Virus record (IMG/VR): IMGVR_UViG_3300022198_000005
Strand: one strand, 5' to 3'
DNA from: an uncultured virus (IMG/VR IMGVR_UViG_3300022198_000005)
Taxonomy: Duplodnaviria > Heunggongvirae > Uroviricota > Caudoviricetes
DNA: 64,000 nucleotides
Below are positions 56,373 through 64,000 of the stretch, in pieces (within the stretch, counting starts at the first letter, position 1; each line of letters starts with the position of its first letter). The position numbers and the translations under genes were made by a program. The notes beneath the pieces were generated by a model. It saw nothing but the letters and a program-made list of their open reading frames with translations, searched no databases and was not told the DNA's origin.

Positions 56373-56401
56373 ATTATACCCTGAAACAGGGCAAATGTAC
56401 A
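56373..56401 (-). promoter_or_regulatory. Sigma70-like promoter
   Basis: TGTACA-N17-TATAAT. Confidence 0.75.
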
Positions 56402-56417
56402 TGCTTATTTTCTCGCC

Positions 56418-56618
56418 TCAATCGAGACTTTCATCCCCGATGTGATCGACCGTAGCAGTGCCATGAAGGTTGCTCTTCTGAGCACCGCGATTGGCGATAG
56501 AGTACTTTGAGCCGACAGCTGACGTAAAAGTCGTGTCATTTGGTTCGATGTACTTGTACTTCGTGATCTTGTACCCATCAGGGTGCATCTCTACTGATTC
56601 AACATAACGCTCATTCAT
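56418..56618 (-). CDS. Hypothetical protein
   Basis: ORF from MNERYVESVE. Confidence 0.5.
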   Translation of the reverse strand: MNERYVESVEMHPDGYKITKYKYIEPNDTTFTSAVGSKYSIANRGAQKSNLHGTATVDHIGDESLD

Positions 56619-56868
56619 CGCCCCAGTCCTTTCTATCATCTTGCTCATAGTAACCAGCATAGTACGCTGCGATCTCTTCTTCGCTCATGTCACACTCCTC
56701 GATGTGAGTTGACCTGAACGAGTCTCCAGTAAAGTAGTGAGGCTGTGCTTCACGCCAATAGTATGCATCACATGCTCCACGATCATATGGACCGCCGTGT
56801 CGAGTGAACGACCACCGCTCACGAAAAGGAATTTCCATATCTGAATCAGTCATTGTAGACATTTTCAT
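56611..56868 (-). CDS. Conserved phage hypothetical protein
   Basis: RHGGPYDRGACDAYY...MSEEEIAAYYAGY...KDWG. Confidence 0.75.
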   Translation of the reverse strand: MKMSTMTDSDMEIPFRERWSFTRHGGPYDRGACDAYYWREAQPHYFTGDSFRSTHIEECDMSEEEIAAYYAGYYEQDDRKDWGDE

Positions 56869-57041
56869 TCCTCATCTAACATTAGTTCTTCGGGCCACCG
56901 CACACAACGTAGTTCGTTGGCATTAATCATACCTTCAACATCATCATCACTCATCCACTTTAAGCACATCTTTAATGCCTCGATCGGATCAAGTTCACCG
57001 CCTTCGACCATTTCCAAAACAAAGTCTGTTGATTCACGCAT
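56865..57041 (-). CDS. Small acidic hypothetical protein
   Basis: LEMVEGGELDP...CLKWMSDDDV..M..ANEL; GAGGTG SD. Confidence 0.65.
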   Translation of the reverse strand: MRESTDFVLEMVEGGELDPIEALKMCLKWMSDDDVEGMINANELRCVRWPEELMLDEE

Positions 57042-57210
57042 TTTCACTCACCTCAAAAACGTCAGTCAGATAATCAACGATGGTTGCATAGTCAAAAGAA
57101 GGATAATCCTCCTGGACAATAGCCACTGCTTCATCAAAATCGATAGCGCCATCTGCGGCCATCTCTGCAAGTTCATGCAGCTTTGTATGTAGTTCAGCCA
57201 TTCTGCTCAT
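57034..57210 (-). CDS. Small acidic hypothetical protein (58 aa)
   Basis: Manually translated MSRMAELHTKL...; GGAGG SD. Confidence 0.6.
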   Translation of the reverse strand: MSRMAELHTKLHELAEMAADGAIDFDEAVAIVQEDYPSFDYATIVDYLTDVFEVSENA

Positions 57211-57527
57211 AATGAAACCTCCAAAACTTTTGCTGGAAAATCAATCTTGCCGTCGAACTCGAGCTGACTGCGTTCGAAGTCAGTCAAGTGGTCGTCATCG
57301 ACGATCGTCCACCCGAGGATGTACTCCTCACACATGGGGTTGGAGATCTCGACTTGGTCACGGACCTTGGTCAAGATCTGATCGACCTTGGCCTCGGCCC
57401 ACTCATAGTCGGCGTCAAAGTCAAGGCCCTTGACCACGTACTCCGAACCGCCCTTGAGCTTCCAATAAGGCTCGTCAGGCGAACCATAGTTCTCGCAATA
57501 CTGAGTGCTGATAATGAGCTTTGACAT
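57207..57527 (-). CDS. Early conserved hypothetical protein
   Basis: KLIISTQYCENYG..YWKLKGG; AAGGAG SD. Confidence 0.75.
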   Translation of the reverse strand: MSKLIISTQYCENYGSPDEPYWKLKGGSEYVVKGLDFDADYEWAEAKVDQILTKVRDQVEISNPMCEEYILGWTIVDDDHLTDFERSQLEFDGKIDFPAKVLEVSL

Positions 57528-57556
57528 CTGAATCTCCTTTTTTAACCGTTAGGTAG

Positions 57557-57585
57557 ATATTACCACAAGTAAAATGATTTGTAAA
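57557..57585 (-). promoter_or_regulatory. Sigma70-like early promoter
   Basis: TTTACA-N17-TAATAT. Confidence 0.7.
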
Positions 57586-57604
57586 TTAGTTAAAAGTTCT
57601 AATT
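57580..57604. repeat. 25-bp exact dispersed repeat, copy 2
   Basis: Identical to 31981-32005. Confidence 0.9.
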
Positions 57605-57786
57605 CGATCATTTTCTTTACGGCTGTAGTACTTTAGTTCTAAAGTACCATATCCTGTCACCTGTGAGTCCAGGACGCGTTTTCTACGGGCAAAGGCATCA
57701 TACGCTAGCCCCGCAGAATCCTTATCCGGGCACTCCAGGATGTCCCTGGTGCCATCTGTATAAGTGACGTAAAATACGTACTTCAT
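57586..57786 (-). CDS. Hypothetical protein
   Basis: 66-aa ORF in the early region. Confidence 0.5.
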   Translation of the reverse strand: MKYVFYVTYTDGTRDILECPDKDSAGLAYDAFARRKRVLDSQVTGYGTLELKYYSRKENDRIRTFN

Positions 57787-57891
57787 AGGTAGAAGGCAAA
57801 ATATAGGCCAAAAGGTATACCGATGGCAAGGGCCAGGACCAGGGCCCCGGCGAGGTCGTTTAGGAAAGTGTTTTTGTTTAGCATGGGGTAG

Positions 57892-57920
57892 ATATTACTA
57901 CGACCCACTGCATTTGTACA
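57892..57920 (-). promoter_or_regulatory. Sigma70-like early promoter
   Basis: TGTACA-N17-TAATAT. Confidence 0.7.
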
Positions 57921-57953
57921 TGTAGTGCTATAGTACTACACTAAAACGGTAGA

Positions 57954-58541
57954 CTATTCTACCTGCCCCTGGTCAGGTAAGAGGTTTGGTCCAACGTACT
58001 TATTGAACTCTTCAAGTGAAAGTTGCGCGTTGCACAACGCTTCATAGATCTGTTGCATGCTTGGACCGAGCTTCTCCATCCCGCCGATGAATACACCTAA
58101 TCGTTCCTTCTTGAGGTCCCATACACGGTGCTTGACTTGATGGTTGAACAAGTACCAGTGATTCTTCTCAAGAGCGAAAGGAAAGATCTCATCCTTAAAT
58201 AAGAACTCAGTAGGATGGTTCTCAGTGAAGACACAACAGATGCTATACTGTCGATTGACGTCTGTATGCCAATTTTCTGCACCCGGAGGAAAGATCCTCT
58301 GTAGCTGAAGTTCACGAAAGTTTACTTTAAACCGAGGAAGGTTGAGTTCTACTTGGATCTTATACGCATCAGTGGCTCTTTCAGGATAGTCAACTAGAGC
58401 TCCATACGTAGAGATGCCAGGATGATAGCCAAACTGCATCTTATAGAGATGCTCATTGTCTTGCAACCTCTTGATAAATTCATCTGCGAGATGCTGCCTC
58501 ATGGGTGGCCATGGCAGCTTCATTGGTGTTACACCTAACAT
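57954..58541 (-). CDS. 2OG-Fe(II) oxygenase/cupin-like protein
   Basis: WHTD...WYLFNHQVKHRV...R; start uncertain. Confidence 0.6.
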   Translation of the reverse strand: MLGVTPMKLPWPPMRQHLADEFIKRLQDNEHLYKMQFGYHPGISTYGALVDYPERATDAYKIQVELNLPRFKVNFRELQLQRIFPPGAENWHTDVNRQYSICCVFTENHPTEFLFKDEIFPFALEKNHWYLFNHQVKHRVWDLKKERLGVFIGGMEKLGPSMQQIYEALCNAQLSLEEFNKYVGPNLLPDQGQVE

Positions 58542-59206
58542 TCTTGTACGTACTCCGATATCATTGGAAATGCTTCCACGATAGCCTGAGCACAAGCCTT
58601 TGCGACTTCAATATGTTCCTTCTGAGTGCCATTACCAGATCTTAACTCGATGTAATGGATCCACGAACGAATGGTACCATTGACATACAGTCTTGACATC
58701 ATCAAACCCTCGGGTAACAAAGCTCGAGCTTGTTCTTTTGCTATCCCTTGTTGAATGGCCCATTCATATTCTTTCTTGCACATATCTGCAATGCGCTTCT
58801 GAACATTAAGCCAGTCATCCTGTAACTTCTTGTCATCTGTATTTATACTGTTCTGTCGATTTTTCTGATCTTGAAGACGTGCCTCCCGATATACGAATTC
58901 CAGATCTTTTGTTGGGTCGGCGTAGCGTTGGGAAAATTCTTGAAAGGAAAAGGAACGATGTCGTAGTAACTGACGCGCGATGTCTCGAGTGGTTTCGACC
59001 TCGATGCAGGCTGAGACCATCTCGAAGGGAGACCAATGCTTGTGTTTGGCCAAGTATCTGATGAGACCTTCTGCCGTGCCCAAGTTGAGCTGGTTCGAGG
59101 GATTGGAAACCCTAGCGCAGAATGAGATAAGGTCCTGCGCGTCAACCACCCCATCATCGTACATCTTCCTTGTAGGTTTCGAGACACTGATTAACCGTGC
59201 TTTCAT
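58535..59206 (-). CDS. thyX: Flavin-dependent thymidylate synthase
   Basis: CARVSNP, HWSPFE, RQLLRHRSFSFQEFSQRY, KEQAR, TQKEH. Confidence 0.95.
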   Translation of the reverse strand: MKARLISVSKPTRKMYDDGVVDAQDLISFCARVSNPSNQLNLGTAEGLIRYLAKHKHWSPFEMVSACIEVETTRDIARQLLRHRSFSFQEFSQRYADPTKDLEFVYREARLQDQKNRQNSINTDDKKLQDDWLNVQKRIADMCKKEYEWAIQQGIAKEQARALLPEGLMMSRLYVNGTIRSWIHYIELRSGNGTQKEHIEVAKACAQAIVEAFPMISEYVQEC

Positions 59207-59442
59207 TCATTTTCCTTAAAGTATTCAACAAGATCAGTGTATCCTCCGACCAGTTCTCCATACAATAAGATCTGCGGAAATGTGCGGGCAGCAGGGACGA
59301 TGTCTAAGAGTTCATTCATCGTATGCTCTGTTGGTGCAACCTTCTTCTCTTCGTATGAATGACCCTTTTGTGTGACTAACTGCTTAGCCCTTATACAGAA
59401 CCCACAGTTATCTTTTGTCCAAATTACAAAGTGCTTTCTCAT
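59203..59442 (-). CDS. Glutaredoxin
   Basis: CGFC, TFPQI, GGY. Confidence 0.9.
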   Translation of the reverse strand: MRKHFVIWTKDNCGFCIRAKQLVTQKGHSYEEKKVAPTEHTMNELLDIVPAARTFPQILLYGELVGGYTDLVEYFKENE

Positions 59443-60815
59443 AGCTTAAACCCTTCGAACTTAGTCTTCTTTACTTCTTGAGACTTATCATACAATGGAG
59501 TATCATCAGTCAAAGTTTGCTGAGTCTCTTCAACATCATAAAGTCTCATCTTTGATCTGTCAACTCCTATAACGAACCTTTTATGATACGTTGGATCATT
59601 GTATCTATTCTTCAACTGTTTGACCATCATCTGGCCTTGCTGCTCTAACTCTTCTGTCGAGATAAGAGCGAACATAAAGTCTGCCGTGGCTGGTAACCCA
59701 AACGATTCAGAGGTGTCCTCAAGTCCAACGTCTGAGTTTGAGTATCCGCTTCTTGTTGTTTGAGTTGCTGATACGATTGGAACGTTAAATTCGACAGCAA
59801 GGCCACGTATTTCTTCGGCAATGGCTTTGATGTAGTTGTACGAGTTGATGGCACCGCCCATTCCTTTCATCCTCGATGAGGCACAGATGTTTAAGTAGTC
59901 AATAAAGATGATGTCTGGCACAAACTGTTTCTTCAGCTTGAGCTCATTCATCAAACCGCGAAAGTGACCAGTGTGTGCTGAACCAGTAGGATATTCCTTA
60001 ATGATTAGCTTACCAGTCGTTTGGCTAGAGATCTTTGCTACCTTTGTGGTGAAAAGATCCTTCGACAACTTATCAATCTGGTCGATAGCAACGTTCAACA
60101 AGTTAGCGTCGATACGCTCTGCGATACGTTCTTCTGCCATCTCCAACGTGATGTACAATACGTTATTACCTTGAGTCAAACATGCACCAGCCATATGGCA
60201 CATGAAGAGAGACTTACCAACTCCAGTACCAGCAAGAGCGATGTTTAACGTCTTGTTTGGTAAACCACCTTTGGTAATCTTGTTAAAATACTCGAGGTCA
60301 AACGGGATTCGAGACTCTTCCGTATGATAGAACTCATATCGACGATCGACGTTCTCGATATAGTCGTGACCTACATTGACATCAAACGCGACTGCAAGCG
60401 CTTTCTGTAAGATGTCTGGCAATGCATTCTTAGTCAACGACTCATGCTTACCATCAATGATAGAGATGGATTCCATGATCGCGTTATAGACAGCTCGATC
60501 TTGGCACCACTTCTCTGTCGTGTCGATCAACCAATCATCGTCTATCTTCTCAGTTGAGAATAGATGTGGTAAGATGTCATGAGCCATCGTGAACTGCTCG
60601 TTTGTCAGTCGATCTGACTGGTCGATCTCGATCGCAAATGCTTCTAGCGTAGGTAGACGATTGTACTTTGCTACAAACTTACCTACTTCTTTGAACAAAA
60701 CCTTATATACGCCTTCAAAGTAATCTGGCTTGACGAACGGCAACACCTTACGCATGTATGATTCATTTGTAAGGATATTTCGTAGGATCGTCAACTCAAG
60801 ATTTTGCATCGTCAT
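59439..60815 (-). CDS. gp41: T4 gp41-like replicative DNA helicase
   Basis: AGTGVGKS, TLEMAEE, IKEYPT, IDYLNIC, SATQTTR, KQLKNRY. Confidence 0.95.
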   Translation of the reverse strand: MTMQNLELTILRNILTNESYMRKVLPFVKPDYFEGVYKVLFKEVGKFVAKYNRLPTLEAFAIEIDQSDRLTNEQFTMAHDILPHLFSTEKIDDDWLIDTTEKWCQDRAVYNAIMESISIIDGKHESLTKNALPDILQKALAVAFDVNVGHDYIENVDRRYEFYHTEESRIPFDLEYFNKITKGGLPNKTLNIALAGTGVGKSLFMCHMAGACLTQGNNVLYITLEMAEERIAERIDANLLNVAIDQIDKLSKDLFTTKVAKISSQTTGKLIIKEYPTGSAHTGHFRGLMNELKLKKQFVPDIIFIDYLNICASSRMKGMGGAINSYNYIKAIAEEIRGLAVEFNVPIVSATQTTRSGYSNSDVGLEDTSESFGLPATADFMFALISTEELEQQGQMMVKQLKNRYNDPTYHKRFVIGVDRSKMRLYDVEETQQTLTDDTPLYDKSQEVKKTKFEGFKL

Positions 60816-61125
60816 CTGTTACCTTTACTGTACCGTCGTAGACACCCTTTTCGAGGATCGCTGAGAGGATGTCTGATGCGACTGATTGTAGTTCTAAGTT
60901 TTCTGGTTTGGCTTCTGGATCAGGAGAACTATGTACCTTAAACGAGAAGTTTAGTGTATCATTCTCTGTGTTGAAGCTAACAGCTGCATACTGGACCACA
61001 GTCTCTACAAAGTATCCAGCCATGATCCTTACGCCCCATGCATCTGTATGTTCTGGTAGAGGGACCAACTCGTAGTCAATTCCTTCTACCCATTTACTCA
61101 GCGGTATGTACCTGTCCATCTTCAA
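60796..61125 (-). CDS. Putative gp40-like head assembly chaperone (positional)
   Basis: Size and uvsX-x-41 position match T4 gene 40; sequence support is weak. Confidence 0.45.
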   Translation of the reverse strand: MKMDRYIPLSKWVEGIDYELVPLPEHTDAWGVRIMAGYFVETVVQYAAVSFNTENDTLNFSFKVHSSPDPEAKPENLELQSVASDILSAILEKGVYDGTVKVTDDDAKS

Positions 61126-62140
61126 CTGCCTTTGTAGTGATTGAGAATCGTTTTGTTAAGTAGTCTTTAAAGTCTGTGCCATCAATTATCGGTTTCCAAA
61201 ATGCTTCCGATAATGTCTCTTTCTCTCGTACTCGTCCATCAACGAGCTCACCCGTCGCTCTGTCCACCCTCTGATACCACCCGTTAGAAGGTTTAGCAAC
61301 GTAACCACCGTCCAAAGCAAGATCAAGCAGACCAGAGAAACGCTGTACACCGCCCTCCCAGGAAACAGAGATAGGAACCTTAGACTTTTCTTTAACATAC
61401 CGAGACTTCTCTACGTTGATGATGAAGTGATAACCCTTGATCTCAGTGCCATCTTTATCTTGTTGACGACCCAAGATCCAGATGTGATCGGCTGAGTAGT
61501 AGATACCAGTACCACCAGAGACGATGTCTTTCGGGTACATTGCAATCTCTTTGTATGTATGGTTAATAGCGATCAAAGGCACATCTTTCATCGCGAGGTA
61601 AGGCGTACACATACGGAACAAACCTTTAAGCGCTTTCGCACGACTCATATCTGCGACTGACTTCTCGTTCATCGCATCTTCGAGTTCTTTCTTTGAAGCC
61701 AAGTTACCAACAGAGTCGATCATGATGACAACCTTATCACCACGCTCAAGACCATCGAGCTGAGCGATCAAGTCAAACTTCAACTGCTCTACGTCGGTGA
61801 TAGGAGTATGAAGCACTCGACTCGTATCAATGCCAAAGTTTTCAAAGTAAGTCTGAGGCGAACCAAACTCTGAGTCATAAAACAATAGCACAGAATCAGG
61901 GTACTTCTTTAAGTAAGCACTCGCCATGATTAAGCCGAAAGAAGTCTTAAAGTGCTTTGAAGGACCAGCAAGTACAGTTAGACCAGGAGTGAGGCCACCA
62001 TCCATACTACCAGACAGAGCCACGTTAATCATCGGCACCTCAGTAGGCACCATGTCTTTTTCATTGAAGAACTTAGACTTCGAAAGCACTTCTGTATGAG
62101 CGACCTTCGAGTTCTTCTTTAGTTTGTCCATTATTCCCAT
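61094..62140 (-). CDS. uvsX: UvsX RecA-like recombinase
   Basis: AGPSKHFKT, YDSEFG, DSVGNLASKKE, SGGTGIYYSAD. Confidence 0.95.
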   Translation of the reverse strand: MGIMDKLKKNSKVAHTEVLSKSKFFNEKDMVPTEVPMINVALSGSMDGGLTPGLTVLAGPSKHFKTSFGLIMASAYLKKYPDSVLLFYDSEFGSPQTYFENFGIDTSRVLHTPITDVEQLKFDLIAQLDGLERGDKVVIMIDSVGNLASKKELEDAMNEKSVADMSRAKALKGLFRMCTPYLAMKDVPLIAINHTYKEIAMYPKDIVSGGTGIYYSADHIWILGRQQDKDGTEIKGYHFIINVEKSRYVKEKSKVPISVSWEGGVQRFSGLLDLALDGGYVAKPSNGWYQRVDRATGELVDGRVREKETLSEAFWKPIIDGTDFKDYLTKRFSITTKAVEDGQVHTAE

Positions 62141-62166
62141 ACACACATCCTCATCTGTAAAATGTC

Positions 62167-62195
62167 ATTATACCATAAATGCGTCAAGTTGTACA
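62167..62195 (-). promoter_or_regulatory. Sigma70-like promoter of uvsX
   Basis: TGTACA-N17-TATAAT overlapping the end of the upstream gene. Confidence 0.7.
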
Positions 62196-63196
62196 CCCTC
62201 TTCCTTCTTCACTTCTGTCCATTCTTTCCCTTGCCAATGGGGATAAGATGCCCTTGAAAGGTGAATTGACTGTGGCTTCTCCATGAATTCAAAATCCAAC
62301 TCACCTTTTTTATTCTTTAACTTATCTACCCACTTGAAGACTGGAACATCACTTGACTCAAGCTCGTCCATAAAGTATTGACGTGCATCAGTTCGTTCTT
62401 GCCATGACCCATAGAAAGGAGTGCCCTTATAGTTACCAGTCTTTGGTACCTTTCGGCTTGGATCTTCGATAGGTAGAAGTTCCCATAAAGTCACCTTTGC
62501 AGAGTGTTTGTCTGCTAAGAACTCGGCTGCAGCAGTGTATCGATCCGCAAGATCCTTTGCCGCTTTCTTCACATCGTCATTTCGACACAAGTGATGACGA
62601 ACGTCGATGTTACCAAAGTAGATCTCGATCTCTTTATAACTGCCTTCAGGTATGAAATGATCGAATCCCAACTTAATCGCACCATGTAAGGTCTTGAACG
62701 GGGTGGAGACGTTCATCCATCCAGGTCGATACATGCAGATCGCATGACTGTCGCCGATTGAGATCCGATCATAACGCTTGACTAGGTTTGGATCTACAGT
62801 CTTCGCTTGCTTTTCGATCTTGCGAAGATTTTGCCAATCCCAGTCGAATGACATGTTTGCTTTCTTCAAGCGTGCCTCAAACATGTCGCTATACTGAGGA
62901 AAGTCGATGATGAGCGACTTCACTTCACCATTAAATCGAGACAGAGCACCAACAGTCTCTATGTTTTGATAGTTCTCTATACCGCCAAACAAGTTTAGGT
63001 TGCCGCTCCAATCAGAGCCATGATAAACATAGACTTCATCGAATGGAGTATAGTCAGTGATCTTCTTACTAGCAAGATTGATCGTGACATCAAGACCAGC
63101 GTGCTTTAGCTGATCTGCATAAATGATGGCTTGTGCAGCCTTATGCGAATAGATCTTGTCCGATATCGGACCTAGTCCCGTTAATAGTACTTTCAT
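62168..63196 (-). CDS. Protein with SGNH/GDSL-like C-terminal domain, possibly linked to DNA modification
   Basis: IGDSH...YFGNID...SIHLS. Confidence 0.5.
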   Translation of the reverse strand: MKVLLTGLGPISDKIYSHKAAQAIIYADQLKHAGLDVTINLASKKITDYTPFDEVYVYHGSDWSGNLNLFGGIENYQNIETVGALSRFNGEVKSLIIDFPQYSDMFEARLKKANMSFDWDWQNLRKIEKQAKTVDPNLVKRYDRISIGDSHAICMYRPGWMNVSTPFKTLHGAIKLGFDHFIPEGSYKEIEIYFGNIDVRHHLCRNDDVKKAAKDLADRYTAAAEFLADKHSAKVTLWELLPIEDPSRKVPKTGNYKGTPFYGSWQERTDARQYFMDELESSDVPVFKWVDKLKNKKGELDFEFMEKPQSIHLSRASYPHWQGKEWTEVKKEEGVQLDAFMV

Positions 63197-64000
63197 CTTT
63201 TTTCCACCCACGATATGAATCCACTCGATCGATGATCGATGAATCTTTCAATATAGGCTCAGTGCCTACGTTCCAAAACAACACGTCCTTACCAGAGTTC
63301 TTAGGGATATACCTCCAAGCTTTGCCATCATACGTAGCGACCGTAGGGAATGGAGGCATCTCTTCTTCCTTGATCGCTTGTGTGAAAGCTTCTGGCGCAG
63401 ATATGATGTTGCCATGACCAGTTTCACCTTCTTTCAAGTTACGTGCGACAGCAACCGCATGGAAGGTAGCGTTAGGCCATGCAATCTGCAGAGCTCGATG
63501 AAGTACACCAGTCGAGATCACTGTCCAGACTTCTTCTGGTTCAGGGATCTGAGATGCAACCTTTACGAAACCTGCAGTCACGAGTTCATGCTTCAAACCA
63601 AGCGGGATGAAAGCATGTCCTTCATGTTCTTCTGCGTATCGTTTAGCGATAGCATTTAAGTTGGGCATTGCAGCGATACGATGGAACTCCACTTCAGCTC
63701 CACGTTCAATACAACATGCCTGATGATGCGAGATCTTTTGGCTGCTTGGCATGAACAGCTTGACCTTCTTATTATGTCTCTTTGCCACATCTAAGATAGA
63801 CACACCAGCTAGACCAGTACGAGGCTGAACATATACGAGTGTCTCTTCTTTGATACGAGAGATGAGGCAGTCACCACCTCGAACCTTTGAACCGGTAAGT
63901 AAGTCATCACGTACGACTCGAACACCTTCATAAGTCTCTACGACAGGCGGTGGGTTTGGATCTTCCCAATCACCAGCAAGGTTCAAGTAATACTCGCGAG
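63141..64000 (-). CDS. PLP-dependent enzyme (fold type II), 5' truncated; resembles phage thymidine-hypermodification PLP enzymes
   Basis: VVRDDLLTGSKVR (PLP Lys), STGVL, YDGKAW, LFWNVG; frame open to the window edge. Confidence 0.65.
   Translation of the reverse strand, partial: REYYLNLAGDWEDPNPPPVVETYEGVRVVRDDLLTGSKVRGGDCLISRIKEETLVYVQPRTGLAGVSILDVAKRHNKKVKLFMPSSQKISHHQACCIERGAEVEFHRIAAMPNLNAIAKRYAEEHEGHAFIPLGLKHELVTAGFVKVASQIPEPEEVWTVISTGVLHRALQIAWPNATFHAVAVARNLKEGETGHGNIISAPEAFTQAIKEEEMPPFPTVATYDGKAWRYIPKNSGKDVLFWNVGTEPILKDSSIIDRVDSYRGWKKDESTINGTRSDIGQDLFA

Overview
This window is part of a large T4-like (Tevenvirinae-related, environmental) myophage genome with a Gram-negative host; the tmRNA tag ANDEVFALAA suggests a betaproteobacterial-type host. 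Most genes are on the minus strand. Core T4-type genes present: uvsX, gp41 helicase, thyX, glutaredoxin, nrdA (with fused glutaredoxin), nrdB, RNase H, PhoH, a Cas4-like exonuclease, spanins and a GH19 endolysin. Five accessory blocks stand out. (1) 1.5-8.7 kb: a glycan operon with a form IV RuBisCO-like protein beside a sugar nucleotidyltransferase. (2) 19.9-31 kb: putative capsid-packaged proteins with T4-like capsid-targeting N-termini, including a ligase-like nucleotidyltransferase, a cytidylyltransferase-like protein and two PD-(D/E)xK nucleases. (3) 33.2-50.6 kb: an apparent lipid/secondary-metabolite cluster with a ketoacyl synthase, six membrane desaturases, two TauD enzymes, a Rieske oxygenase, four AspH/2OG-type hydroxylases, a PP-loop enzyme, three GNAT-like proteins and a sulfotransferase. 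It carries late-promoter motifs and is interrupted by a circularly permuted tmRNA and pstS. (4) 50.7-55.7 kb: a plus-strand secreted/membrane/lysis cassette. (5) Right edge: a PLP enzyme resembling thymidine-hypermodification enzymes. Eleven sigma70-like promoters (mostly TGTACA-N17-TAnnAT) and several (T)ATAAATA late promoters were read directly from the sequence. All functional calls come from motif recognition, with no database searches.
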